A DNA stretch of 64,000 nucleotides from the NCBI GenBank assembly GCA_030141605.1, contig JAQGDQ010000047.1, positions 186,001 to 250,000 of the forward strand, given 5' to 3'. This document shows positions 1 through 10,600 of this stretch, piece after piece. Under the pieces are notes generated by a model, which was not told where the DNA came from, did no database searches, and saw only the letters and a list, made by a program, of their open reading frames with translations. Source of the stretch: Tubiluchus corallicola. Lineage: Eukaryota > Animalia > Priapulida. Made by a program: the position numbers and the translations under genes. Within the stretch, counting starts at the first letter, position 1, and each line of letters opens with the position of its first letter.

Positions 1-1504
1 TGACACCAGCGCTGTGTATGTTAAGAATATACACAGGCGAGGCATTAAAATCATTAAAATCGGATACCGTTATTAGTGGTATCTGGTGGACGTTTTGGTT
101 ATAATAGATTAGATTATTTATTCAATCCAAAAATAAAATTGTACATTAATAATAAGGTTAAAAATAAAGATAGTTAGTCAAATCTTGAGGAATGGAGAAA
201 GCCACCAGACATGAATGCATTCACAATTCTGTTAACCAGGTCAATTCTGTTAAATTTACAAAAAGCATTAAAATCACTCCAAAATCATATTTAAGTAGTT
301 TAAAATCAAAGAAAAAGGTTTTAGCATTAATAATGTCTGAAGGTAAACTATTCTACCTATTAAATCGCACTGTTGCAAAAGAGTATTTAAAAACATCAAT
401 ACGCTAATAGTTTAAAACAATTTGTGACTATGGCATTTGAAACTGTGAAAAAAATGAAGTTGGATTGGAGTGGGAAGAATTTCATCAGCTAAACAGTGTA
501 AACGATGACGTTACGATCAAGACCCCACATATGTTACTATTTGTAATCCTGCACTATCAAAAGTTAAAGGATTTGTAGATGGCCAGCCTTTTTGAAAGGA
601 GGGGAAGCTCTTTGTCCTTACTTGCAAAGGTGAATTATCTATCGAAGAGGCAGCGATTCTACTAAGGCTATTAAAATTGTAAAGATTAATTTAAAAAAGG
701 AAGCGAAGCAATTAAGAAATTTAGGAATTACGTTTATCGTTTAATGATCACGCCTCTGCTTTAAGAAAGACGATGCATATATTAAGTCACAACCATGAGC
801 AATATGCGATAATCAATTAAGTAAATCACAGCCATTCGCAAAAACCAAATATTGATGTTATTATAATTATTCTCACCCGGTATAGTCTTTTTTTGCTGGA
901 AACGACAACACCCTTGTAAGAATACAGAGATGAGAGAATACAGCAATGATGCTTATTAGCTTAGCCATCTTACAAAACTAAGAACACTCACAAGCGTAGA
1001 CCTAGTAAAATCGCAAGGCATGTGAATTAGTCAGGTGCGTGCGCGTAAACATTCTTATCGTTTTGGAATATCTTATAGAGTTGTGACAGACAACTGACAA
1101 CTGCAGATAAAACTAAGCTGAGTAGAGTAAGAAAACTAAAGTTGAGCTGTACAATATTCGTTAGCAAGTTAGTACTTGAAATCTTAATGATTTTGAGTTT
1201 TCGTGAGTAAAAAAATGCGCAATTCGTTCATTTTAACACGTGAGCCAGTGGGCTGGACCTACCTGACGAAATTTCGACTAAACGAATGGAAGTAAGCGGT
1301 TGCAGACAAAAAGGAACGATAAAAATGCGATTACACTGTAGAGGCCGCCTGTATGCGTTGTACGCCAACCTGGACATTAGATCATACATCACGCGAGAAA
1401 AGATTCAAAGAAATCAGTACTTTGTTAACAGACAAGTAGAATAATTACTAAAACTGAAAATTAATAAGAACACAGTGTAATTGTCATAAGGTTCTAGAAC
1501 AGAT

Positions 1505-2476
1505 GAAAATGGCACAGGAAAAATGGCACGCTAAAAATGGCACAGGTAAAATGGCACGCTAAAAAATGACACAGGAAAAATGGCACAGGAAAAAATGTCA
1601 CAAATGGAAAATTAGGAAGAAATGGCACATGCACAAACTAGAATGTGCTCAGTAGAAAGAAGATCTCTGCCAAAGCCGAGTAATCTTAATTATATTTGCC
1701 CGATTCTTTTGATTAAGAAAATTAACAATGATGAACAAGCAAACATACAAAAATGTACCTGCATTTCTATTGTATAGACTAGTAAATGATTCAAAATATT
1801 TTTTCATTAAACAGATTTATAATCAATAATGCACGACTGTGCCATATAGTGTTTATCTACCTTTTAACAATTAATTTTGGCGTTGGTCATAATTGACTGA
1901 CAAATATATACATACTGAATCATCTTACAGGGCTATACACATTAATAAGCAAAGGCTATAGACAGCGTCACACAGTTTTACAAGTGAGATTTTCTCGAAA
2001 TGGATCCAGAACTAACTCGTAGTTGTGTGTCCTTGTGGAGATAATAAAAAATGAGTACTAAACACTCCCCCCGAGACCTCCATTAAGTGCTTCACGAACG
2101 TTTTTTGTACATGGTATTTTCGGTCAAATTTTGCGAAAACATTCCCGGCTTGGCCCACTTTTCTTCACAAAGTTTCTTGGAAATCTGTTAGATAGTCTTT
2201 GCATAATAGGCTTACTGCCATAACAGACAAAAATAGCCAAACAAACAAACTGTGTTGAAGCATAACTTCCTTGGCAGAGGTAAAAATAACTAAATACTTA
2301 TGTCCCACTGTAACCCTAACCTTAATTACGTTTATTACTGAGTGTGCCATGTTTCCCATGCCATTTTTCCCGTGCCATTTTTCCTATGTAATTTTTCCCT
2401 GCGCCATTTTTACCTACTTTTCCATTTGTGCCATTGTTACCGTAAGATTTTTCCTGTGCCATTTCTGCCTACACTC
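1505..2476. mobile_element. Foldback-type DNA transposon remnant with inverted arrays of AAAATGGCAC repeats
   Basis: Tandem AAAATGGCAC(A/G) units at about 1505-1632 are mirrored by GTGCCATTTT units at about 2342-2470. Both arms share GGCAC/TCAC-AAATGGAAAA.TAGG. A TAACCCTAACC telomere-like motif lies at about 2311. Superfamily not determined. Confidence 0.7.
1635..2283. mobile_element. Helentron-associated non-autonomous element (HINE/DINE-like) nested in the foldback element
   Basis: Starts AAACTAGAATGTGCTCAGTAGA and ends CATAACTTCCTTGGCAGAGGTAA. Subterminal inverted repeat CTCTGCCAA (about 1665) / TTGGCAGAG (about 2271), with a (CAAA)n-like tract before the end. This end architecture is typical of Helentron-derived elements. 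Confidence 0.6.
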
Positions 2477-2674
2477 GCCACAACAGACCATGGAAGAACA
2501 ATAATTGAGTACTTAAACGGAAAAATTAGATTTAATGAGGATTATGGATAATTGGATGTATGAGTTAGGTAAATCTCAAGTGTCTATCTGTGCTGACAAT
2601 GCTGTTGTTTTGTCTGTGTGCCCATACTACTTCGAATCGTGTGAGCGAAAGTTAGAATCATATGCATTATTTTA

Positions 2675-3100
2675 AGGGTTACCCGGTTGCGATATAAGCT
2701 TATAAATATATTTGTTTCGCAGTGAAGCGAGTTTCGTTCTTGCTGTAAAAGTTTTTAGCTAGGAGCTGAACACTAATACGGAAAGTTTGAAGGCGTGACA
2801 GGCTGCGCCACCCAACGGCTAACGGGTAAAAAAAGTAGAGCGGGTTGTTATACAATAATGCAATCTTCTGCTTGCCGTTGCTGCAGTGCTGTCTTCTGCC
2901 ACACTGTATAGTATTCAGTATTTCAGCTTTCATTTTTTTATTTTTTTATCATATGTACTTCATAGTACAGTTAATTAGTAAAGCAGATAATCAAGTGTAC
3001 ATTGAATAGCAGGTGACTTACATAAAAAGTAAAACTGCGAAATGTCTAATTCCGTGTTTTAGCCAGTTTTTATATTGTGACGTCACAATAGAGTAACTTT
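2675..3100. mobile_element. Possible degenerate MITE after a TTAA site (Kolobok-like)
   Basis: Left end AGGGTTACCCGGTTGCGAT partly matches the reverse complement of the right end GTCACAATAGAGTAACTTT, mostly by transitions. It includes the perfect 18-bp palindrome TATTGTGACGTCACAATA (3073-3090). No right-hand TSD is visible. Confidence 0.3.
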
Positions 3101-3324
3101 GTAGTCTACAAAAAATTTACAATAAAACATTTCTATTATAATACTAAAATAACGTACATTCAAAAAAATGGACCCATAACAGGAATAAATGGCGTTCTGC
3201 AGACTGTAATGATGATGTTTATAAAGTTTATTTTAAAATATTTGTTTATACAAAATAATGGATCTCTAGTTGCAAACGAAGTTTTAACTATTTATAACTA
3301 CACATTAATACTACAATTTTATTA

Positions 3325-4250
3325 CAAGGTTTTGTTCCACAGAACATTTTGATGCCTAAATATTTTGATGTTTCTTTAATTAATTAATGACAGATTACAT
3401 TTTTTCTATGATTATTGTTTCCGTCTCCCAATGTTTTGTTTTGTTCTGAATTTTAAATCATTCTTTATGCACTTCCTTGCAATGACTGCTAATGTGCAGC
3501 AGAAACGTTGAAGTTCTAAATCAACTTAAATGTGCGATTTCTCAAGTTTGACAAGAAACTGAGGACAATTTTTATTAGATTCGCTGTTATAAAAGTTCAA
3601 AGGCTTTTAAGAGAATAAGTTGCAGCTCGTTTCTTTGGAACCATATTTGTCACACTTCTATCAGTTTCATCAGTTAAAAAGGCTCCATTTTGACCAATTG
3701 CTACAGTGCTTGACTAAAAATATTAGCTAAAATTGGTCCTAAAAGTATTAGGATTAGGGTTGGGATTTGGTTTGGGGTATTTAAATTGTGTGAGAATTGT
3801 AAACTCCTTCCAAACGTTCCGGGACTATACTAATACTTCAAATGTAGTCATTTTATCTTCAGTTGCTTTGACAGAGTATCAGTTGCAGATTCTAGGCTTT
3901 GGTTTTAATCTTGTACTGCCAAACAAAAAGGAAAGTATTCCTGATTTTGTCTCACATTTTAATGATTTGGAACACAACTTACATTCATTTACACGAATTA
4001 CATAGTGTCTTTCAGTACAAAGCTCAAAATCAAGGTTTTGCTCGACAGAATATTTTACCGTCTAAATATAATTGCGACTTTAATTAGTCATTGATGATAG
4101 ATACATTTTTGGGTTTTTCCTCTATGATTATTGTTTCCATACGCACTCGCACTTTTTTGTTTTGTTCCGTTAGATCGTTCTTGATGTGTTGCTTGACGAT
4201 GACTACTATTGTGCATTATAAACGTTGAACTTTTTTAATAATAAAGTTAA
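3325..4250 (+). mobile_element. Penelope-like retroelement remnant with duplicated ~190-bp ends (pseudo-LTR-like)
   Basis: Diverged direct repeats 3325-3515 and 4031-4232 share CAAGGTTTTG..ACAGAA, CTATGATTATTGTTTCC and AAACGTTGAA. Between them, NVVILSSVALTEYQLQILGFGFNLVLP (from 3841) resembles the V.NLSS..LT......L..GLNF N-terminal motif of Penelope ORFs. AATAAA follows the second copy. Confidence 0.6.
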
Positions 4251-6559
4251 TAAAATTTATAGTGTGCGTTTATGAAAAAAACGTTACTCTTCATTTTGGT
4301 GACTCGAGTGAAGGAATCGCTAAAACTTTGTGGATTAATTAGAGCGAAATTATCTCCTGGTGAGTCTTTTCAAAATGTAACAGATGAATATCGAGATATA
4401 TAATTAAATTATCTTGACAAACATAATATATGTATTGCATGTATTGTATTCAGCCATTGTATATACTATAAAGATCACTCGTTTGTTTATCCAGATATGC
4501 AAACCACATGTATTCAGACAGGTACGAAATTATTATTATTGTTGTTGTTGTGGCAAGAAAAATACAGCAAGCAATGATGAACTTCGTAAAATATAGTGTG
4601 ACTTACAAGATGAATAAAAAAGTGAAATTAATTGTCAACATGTATATGTGAGTTTGCAAACATGCACTTTTTAAGACACCTGCTGAACGAGATGACAAGC
4701 ATATCCAAAACTTCAACAGCAATTACGCGTTTGTCATTGTCGCAAACAAAAAAAATTATACCAAGCGTTATTTAACGAATTTAAGTGGTTTTATATTAGT
4801 ATCGATTTTGTAGTTATGTATCATCTCTCTCTCTTCCTATGATTAAACCTTGCAATAACTTAGAGAGAGTGACTCAGTGTCACTGAGTTAGTGAGGGAGA
4901 GAGAATAATTTTACGCATTCTTGTTTAATTTTTTCTCTAATTTACCATTAAGGACAGCGCCTACACAAGACTTTCTTCCAATTGGTGCACTAGCTGAGGC
5001 ATACAACTAGCTTTAGTAATTACACATAATTTTGTTATTTTTTTATTTATAATAGTGACACGATGCATTTTGTGCATAAATTTGTACCTGTAAACTTTTT
5101 GATGCTGTGCTCAATTGTATGTTCATTGCATTGTATGCTCATGTTTCATAGAATTAATAAATTCTAAAATTCTAGGTTCTATTGGCTAACACCGCTAAGC
5201 ATTAGCAAGCTATAACAGTGACGAACTTGTCGTGGCCGCCGACCAAAGCACCGCAATTTTGAAAAAACAAGATTGTTTCTATTGCTAAAGCGGGAATACG
5301 TCACGCGTTATCCCCCTTCCTCAATGCAGTAGGAGCGTGCCTGCCTATACCGAAAATTACAGATATTTAACGATATTGCTTTCATTGCATGTTGATAATG
5401 CCATTAAGTTTGTGGTGATGTGCTAGGTTTTTGTCTACCGACCAACTATCCTTGTTGAGAATCGCGTGCTTAATATCTGCAGCAATTCAGTGACGGTAGA
5501 GGAATCTGGCAGACGTAGTATACTACTACTAGTACTACTAAAGTAAAACTAGTAGTATATGAGAAGGTGGTTACTAAGTGTCATTTGTAACCGGATCCCG
5601 CTCTGGCTTTCACTGCGATTTTAGTTCGACTGGATATGCAATGAAACAGGCTCTGGAAAGTATTGAACCAAAGAAAAGACACTGAATTAACCACACCAAA
5701 CTACCAATATTGCTACAGAATTAGCTTTTCCAAAAAATTACGTGGCTAAGAATATATACAAGACAGGAACTATTATTATACAAAGAGAATGTTATGTGAA
5801 GGGGAGCACAGAAAATTTACCAAAAAATCCTACAGATCGTTTGCTCTAAATTGCATAAGGAAGTACAGCATGATTGTGGTGAGGAAATTTTTGAAGACGC
5901 AGATGACCAAGCATATACCATCAGCAATGATGCAGTTCATAATGACAAGTCCAGCATGCTTGAACCACCCCTTTTAACACCAAATGTAGGAACTTCAAGT
6001 AACTGTAGGCCAGTTAAGCCTGGCGTGGGTCTATTGCTGCCAAAAACTGGTTTACCAAAATTGTTTATCTGAATGACTGTAAAAGAAAACTTCTCATGAA
6101 GGACATTTGTGTGTTTCATACAGAAGTATACCTATACTTGAGCTGATTAACATATAAATAAATCTTAAGGTACACCATGTATTTCCCAGTTACATTGAAG
6201 TAGGTGATGTGCAGGTAGAACCTTTATGTCAACAATTATACTTACTGTGCACCGAACAAAAAAGGAGAAACGGTAAAATAGTCTTGAAATATCTCCATTA
6301 AAAGTGCAACTGAAAAATGGTGAACACGCATCTGACAAGAATTAAACAAATGTGAAGCAGTGTTATCTCACTTAAATCATTAACTTAATGAGAATGATCA
6401 GGAATTGTCCCAAGTGCAGCAAGAGTTACATAATGCCAATGACGAGTTACTTCCAGTATATCTGGAATTAAATCACTGAAAAGAACAGTGTCTCGACTTC
6501 AAAAAGAAATATGTGATGTTAACGCGGAAAATCTAAGATTAAAAGAGGAAAATAATTAG

Positions 6560-6997
6560 AATAACAACTGCAGAAATCGCACACCCTTTAACTTATATTA
6601 CCAATCAAATACTAGTTCAGAATTCCCTAGCATCTGCAAAATGGCTCATGTATCATCAATCTATAAAAAGGCAATAGAGATGACCCAAAGAATTATCAAA
6701 CCATGTCAGTAATGCCCTGCTTCGCTAAAATATTTGAAAATGAAATGTATAATCAAATAACTGATGATCTAAATGAAGATAAACTATTAAGCAATAATCA
6801 AGATGGATTTTAAAAAAAACTTCTCAACTGTTGGTGCAATAATAGTGATACTGAAACATAGAGATCAAAATTGGATAATGGCGAATATGTAGCATTAGCA
6901 TTAAATGACTTAAGTAAAGCATTTGATAGCTTAAATCATAGTTTACTGGTAGCATTAGCATTCAGCGACTTGAGTAAAACATTTGATAGCTTAAATC
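6560..6997 (+). pseudogene. CR1/L2-group LINE reverse transcriptase fragment, frameshifted
   Basis: Translates with frameshifts and stops as IAHPL...FPSICKMAHVSSIYKK.NRDDPKNYQTMSVMPCFAKIFE...LLSNNQDGF...ST...DNGEYVALALNDLSKAFDSLNHSLL. This matches the LINE RT motifs FP..WK.A.V.PI.K, NYRPIS, QxGF and DLSKAFD. Confidence 0.9.
6889..6997 (+). repeat. Tandem duplication (60-bp period) of the DLSKAFD-coding segment
   Basis: GTAGCATTAGCATT...GACTT.AGTAAA.CATTTGATAGCTTAAATC occurs at 6889-6937 and again at 6949-6997. Confidence 0.85.
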
Positions 6998-7504
6998 TCA
7001 AGTCAATTCAACTGGAAGTTAAATTTAGTCAATAGTCAGTTTGTTAATAAATACTTTTTTCTTAACTAGTTTTAAAAAGCTGTAGGATGTAGTCTCTATT
7101 AAATATTATTTCCTAGCAGATCATAGGTTAATCATTAGATTATTACTAAGTCTAACGTGAAACTCTATTAGCATTTTACTAACATGGAATAAACTGCTTA
7201 ACTAAATTGTGTGGTGGTTGACTAATTGCGGACTAAATAGACTTGCTATTTTTTGTATGCTTTCAGGCTTATTTGTGTATGGTGTGCTAAAATGTTGACT
7301 TCTCTGGTATGTGAATATGCCATTACCTTCACATTGTTTCCTGGGAATTTGCTTATTTTATGTTTTTGCGTTATAGGTATTATATTGAACAGCTCTGCCT
7401 GGTACAAGCATACCCTTCATATCAACTTATCAGCTTAAGACCAGCCGGTGAGAAGTACTATCCTGTATAATAAGATTCAATAAAACAAAAGGTTTGTTTA
7501 GCAC

Positions 7505-7543
7505 CACGTGATCAGTTTTATTGTCTGTTGACCAGTATATAAA
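7505..7543 (+). promoter_or_regulatory. Candidate core promoter: E-box CACGTG (7505-7510) and TATA box TATATAAA (7536-7543)
   Basis: Consensus motifs about 100-135 nt upstream of the signal-peptide ATG. Position is suggestive only; no TSS data. Confidence 0.4.
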
Positions 7544-7641
7544 CTAGCTGCCTGCTCAACAAACTCTAAACTTATGCTTGTTTGTGTTTCTTAGACGCCC
7601 CTGTGCTTGCTATGGGGTCTGGAATGTTACATTAGTTAGCA

Positions 7642-7696
7642 ATGCTTGGAAACATGTTTCGCTTGCTAGTTGTATCATTCTTCTTTCTCTGTAATG
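7642..7696 (+). CDS. exon 1, signal peptide
   Basis: ATG..G|GTAAGC; [18 protein letters not shown], hydrophobic core; ends phase 1. ATG 7654 is an in-frame alternative start. Confidence 0.75.
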
Positions 7697-10600
7697 GTAA
7701 GCAAAATAAGTTGTACCTGCTAATTATTGATTTGACAGATTTTGTCTGCTTTTGTGATTAATAAAATTTTAAGCTTTTGAATATTTGCCACACAATTGTA
7801 GAAAAGTAGTTTCTAAAGGATTTAATTATCTTTTCAGCATTTAGTTATTTTTATAACACTAAACTAAGGATTTAGGAAAACTTATTTAAAAAATTTAATT
7901 AATTAAAACGAATTTGCTGCGTTTCTTTTTACTTTGTTTTTTCTTATCATTTTCATGTAACCAGTTATAGGTGACACAGTTTAGTTTTATACTTAAAAAA
8001 CACTAAAGACTTAGTTGGTTGCAGAGTTTTTTATAAAGAATTATTAATATCATATTTATAAAAAATGGTGATTCATTTCCTGAAAAAGTTTCTCATGTTT
8101 CGCTTAGATAAATTTATAATATTTTTAAAGTAAAATGAAATTATGTGCAAGTTATTGTAAACTCCTTGTTGATACATTTGTTTATGCATATTTTACAATT
8201 ATTGATTCACAGACTGAGACTTGAAATATGTTTCTGTTTGCTTAATTATGTTTTTGCACTAACAGTATTTTAAAAATTTTATGCTTGCTGGAATTCATTT
8301 AATTAGCATACATGGCCTTCACACAGGTTTAGAAAATGTAAATATGTCAGGTTTCGATACATTAGGCTTTATCACAGTTAGCCATGCATGAATGTTACCC
8401 AAGATCGGAGCTGTGGAAGAGCTGTTCAACTCTGGCTCCTAGAATTTTGGAAGATCAGTCTCCCGTTTCTAACTCCTGCCTCTAAATCATTTAATATATG
8501 CATTGATATATTATCACCACTATTATTTTTATGTTGACGCACAAAATATTTTCCATCTGTGGTTATAGTATATTATTCCAAAATACTAGATTTAACAGGA
8601 ACCTTTTTTAAATTCTTAGTCATTTTGTAGAATTTGACAGTAAAAATTTAGAGTAAGCAAAAACAGAATGTAGTGCAACATAAATAATTTAATTGAAAAT
8701 AAAGCAAGAATGATTTGTGACATGTTAAAGAAGGTGCTGCCTGATATATGGAAATCATGATAAAAAAGGCACCCATAATGCATAACAGGTGGTCGGAATA
8801 CGTGTTGTGTTAGCTTATTCTCAGTTTTTATTATTGATGCCCATACTGGCCTTTGAGAATGCATGCAGCTTATTTATTTAGAACTGCCCGGTTGAATTTA
8901 TTGTTTTTGAATACTTTGTTGTAACCACAGATTGAAAGCATTGCATCAATGTGTAGTTGAAGATGAAAGTGAAAATGATATAGACATTGTAGTGCCTGTG
9001 GGGTGAATATTGAAGTCCATGCTTAATGGTGCTAATACATTCCTGCAAAACGTGTCGTTAAGTGAAACACCGCTGAACAAAATCAAGACTTCTGTAGAAA
9101 GTAATATAAGAGAATTGAGATACGTTCCAGAGGCAAAAGTTAATGTTACTTAATTCATATAAATTAACCATTTTGTGAGTTTTATATATCTATTGATTAA
9201 TTCCTTTCTGCTTGCTTGAAACTACCTATCTTTCTTATCAATACCTAGCTAACTTTGAAGCCATAGCTTGGTTGGCTTAGTTAAAGCCAAGCCCCAGGGA
9301 GGCTTTGAGACAATTTCGACTAGATACAGGTTGCTACAGCAACAGGTTGCATGCAAAATTACTTGTCGTGAAATTTGCTCCCGTGTGCCCGTAAATAGAT
9401 CTCTCTTTATACAACTGCCTAGTAGTCAATCGTCAAGCAAAAACGTAGATAATAATTATTCTGTTTTACAGTACTAGTGTGTTTTTAAAACAGAATAACA
9501 CAACCTGTACTGTTTTAATGCTTCAAATTAGGTGAAAATGTTGTTGATAAAATAAAAAACTGGGGTTTACTTGGGTTTAGTTGAATCTAGCCCCTTTTCA
9601 AAAAGTATTTAACTGTAAAACTACTGTTGTTAAAAATTATAAATTTATATGCAAGACTGCAGTCTAATGTGAGTTCACCCACCAAATTTTAGTTAAAAAT
9701 GTTGAGCTATTGCAAGAGGAGTCGGAATTGGTCCATTTTTACCAACTCAGACTTCTCTAACAATGAATTTGTTTCCAACTTATAGTCCTGAATTTAAAAT
9801 TGTGTGTTCATGAGGTTACTGGGTAGTACATTTGCTCAAAATGTGATAGACCTGTGTTCATGTCCTAGAGATAAAACAAAATTTTTTAGTCTTTTTATAA
9901 TCACAAGTAGTTATAAATTATCCTGTCGAGCCTTATCTGTGCTGGGTCATTTAAGTGGCAACCGTGAATGTGCACCATTTTTATGGCTATCAGCTTATTA
10001 GAGTGTAAAATCTCAGACTTTTCAACTCACCTGTATCAAAAGCTTTTTATGGTATGTTCAGTTTGTCATATAACGATATGTTGAAATATGGCCATCATAA
10101 ATTCTAAGTGTGGTACATTTTATGTTCATTTTATTTATGACGCCCAATTGTTGCTGAAATTACACTTGTTTCTAGTTATATTGTAGTTGATAACTACACT
10201 ACTTTACTCTCGTACATTAACTAAGTTATGTCTAAGTGATGTCTAAGTTAAAGGCTGTTGTTTCAATTACAGCATTTCTTTCAATTGCAAAATTCTTTTT
10301 TCCTGTTAATATACTAAAATTGACTGTCATGTAATTAAATAGTCGAAATCCAATGTTAAAGTTGAATAGTTCAAATTATCAAACATGGTAACGGTGCATG
10401 GAGAATTGCTGAGTTATCCTGGCTTCTACTTAGTGACTCAAGTATTTAAGCAGTACTGGATTTGGTTAGTTAAGTGGATGGGAAACCACCTGGAAATTGT
10501 ACATCTATATGAGATGGGTACCCTTACTTCTGCCAATACGGTGTCTCGTTTTGTAATGAAATAGGTTCAGACTTGCAACAGTTATCAACATAGTAAGTAG

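Noticed and set aside
192-750. Short ORF and coding-like sequence at the window start
   Set aside because: Interrupted by stops and no recognisable domain; possibly transposon debris but unsupported.
1505-1632. CRISPR-like or iteron-like repeat array
   Set aside because: Units are short and adjacent with no unique spacers, they are mirrored in inverted form 700 bp away, and the context is eukaryotic; these are transposon arms.
3750-3780. TTAGGG-like tract as an interstitial telomere
   Set aside because: Only one perfect unit within degenerate G/T-rich sequence, embedded in repeat debris.
5600-6550. Coding-like, partly coiled-coil sequence upstream of the LINE RT fragment
   Set aside because: Many stops and frameshifts and no diagnostic motif; cannot be assigned as ORF1 or a transposase.
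10447-10497. Functional 5S rRNA gene
   Set aside because: Only a diverged 3' half is present, with no 5' domain or terminator; treated as a SINE-like or pseudogene fragment.
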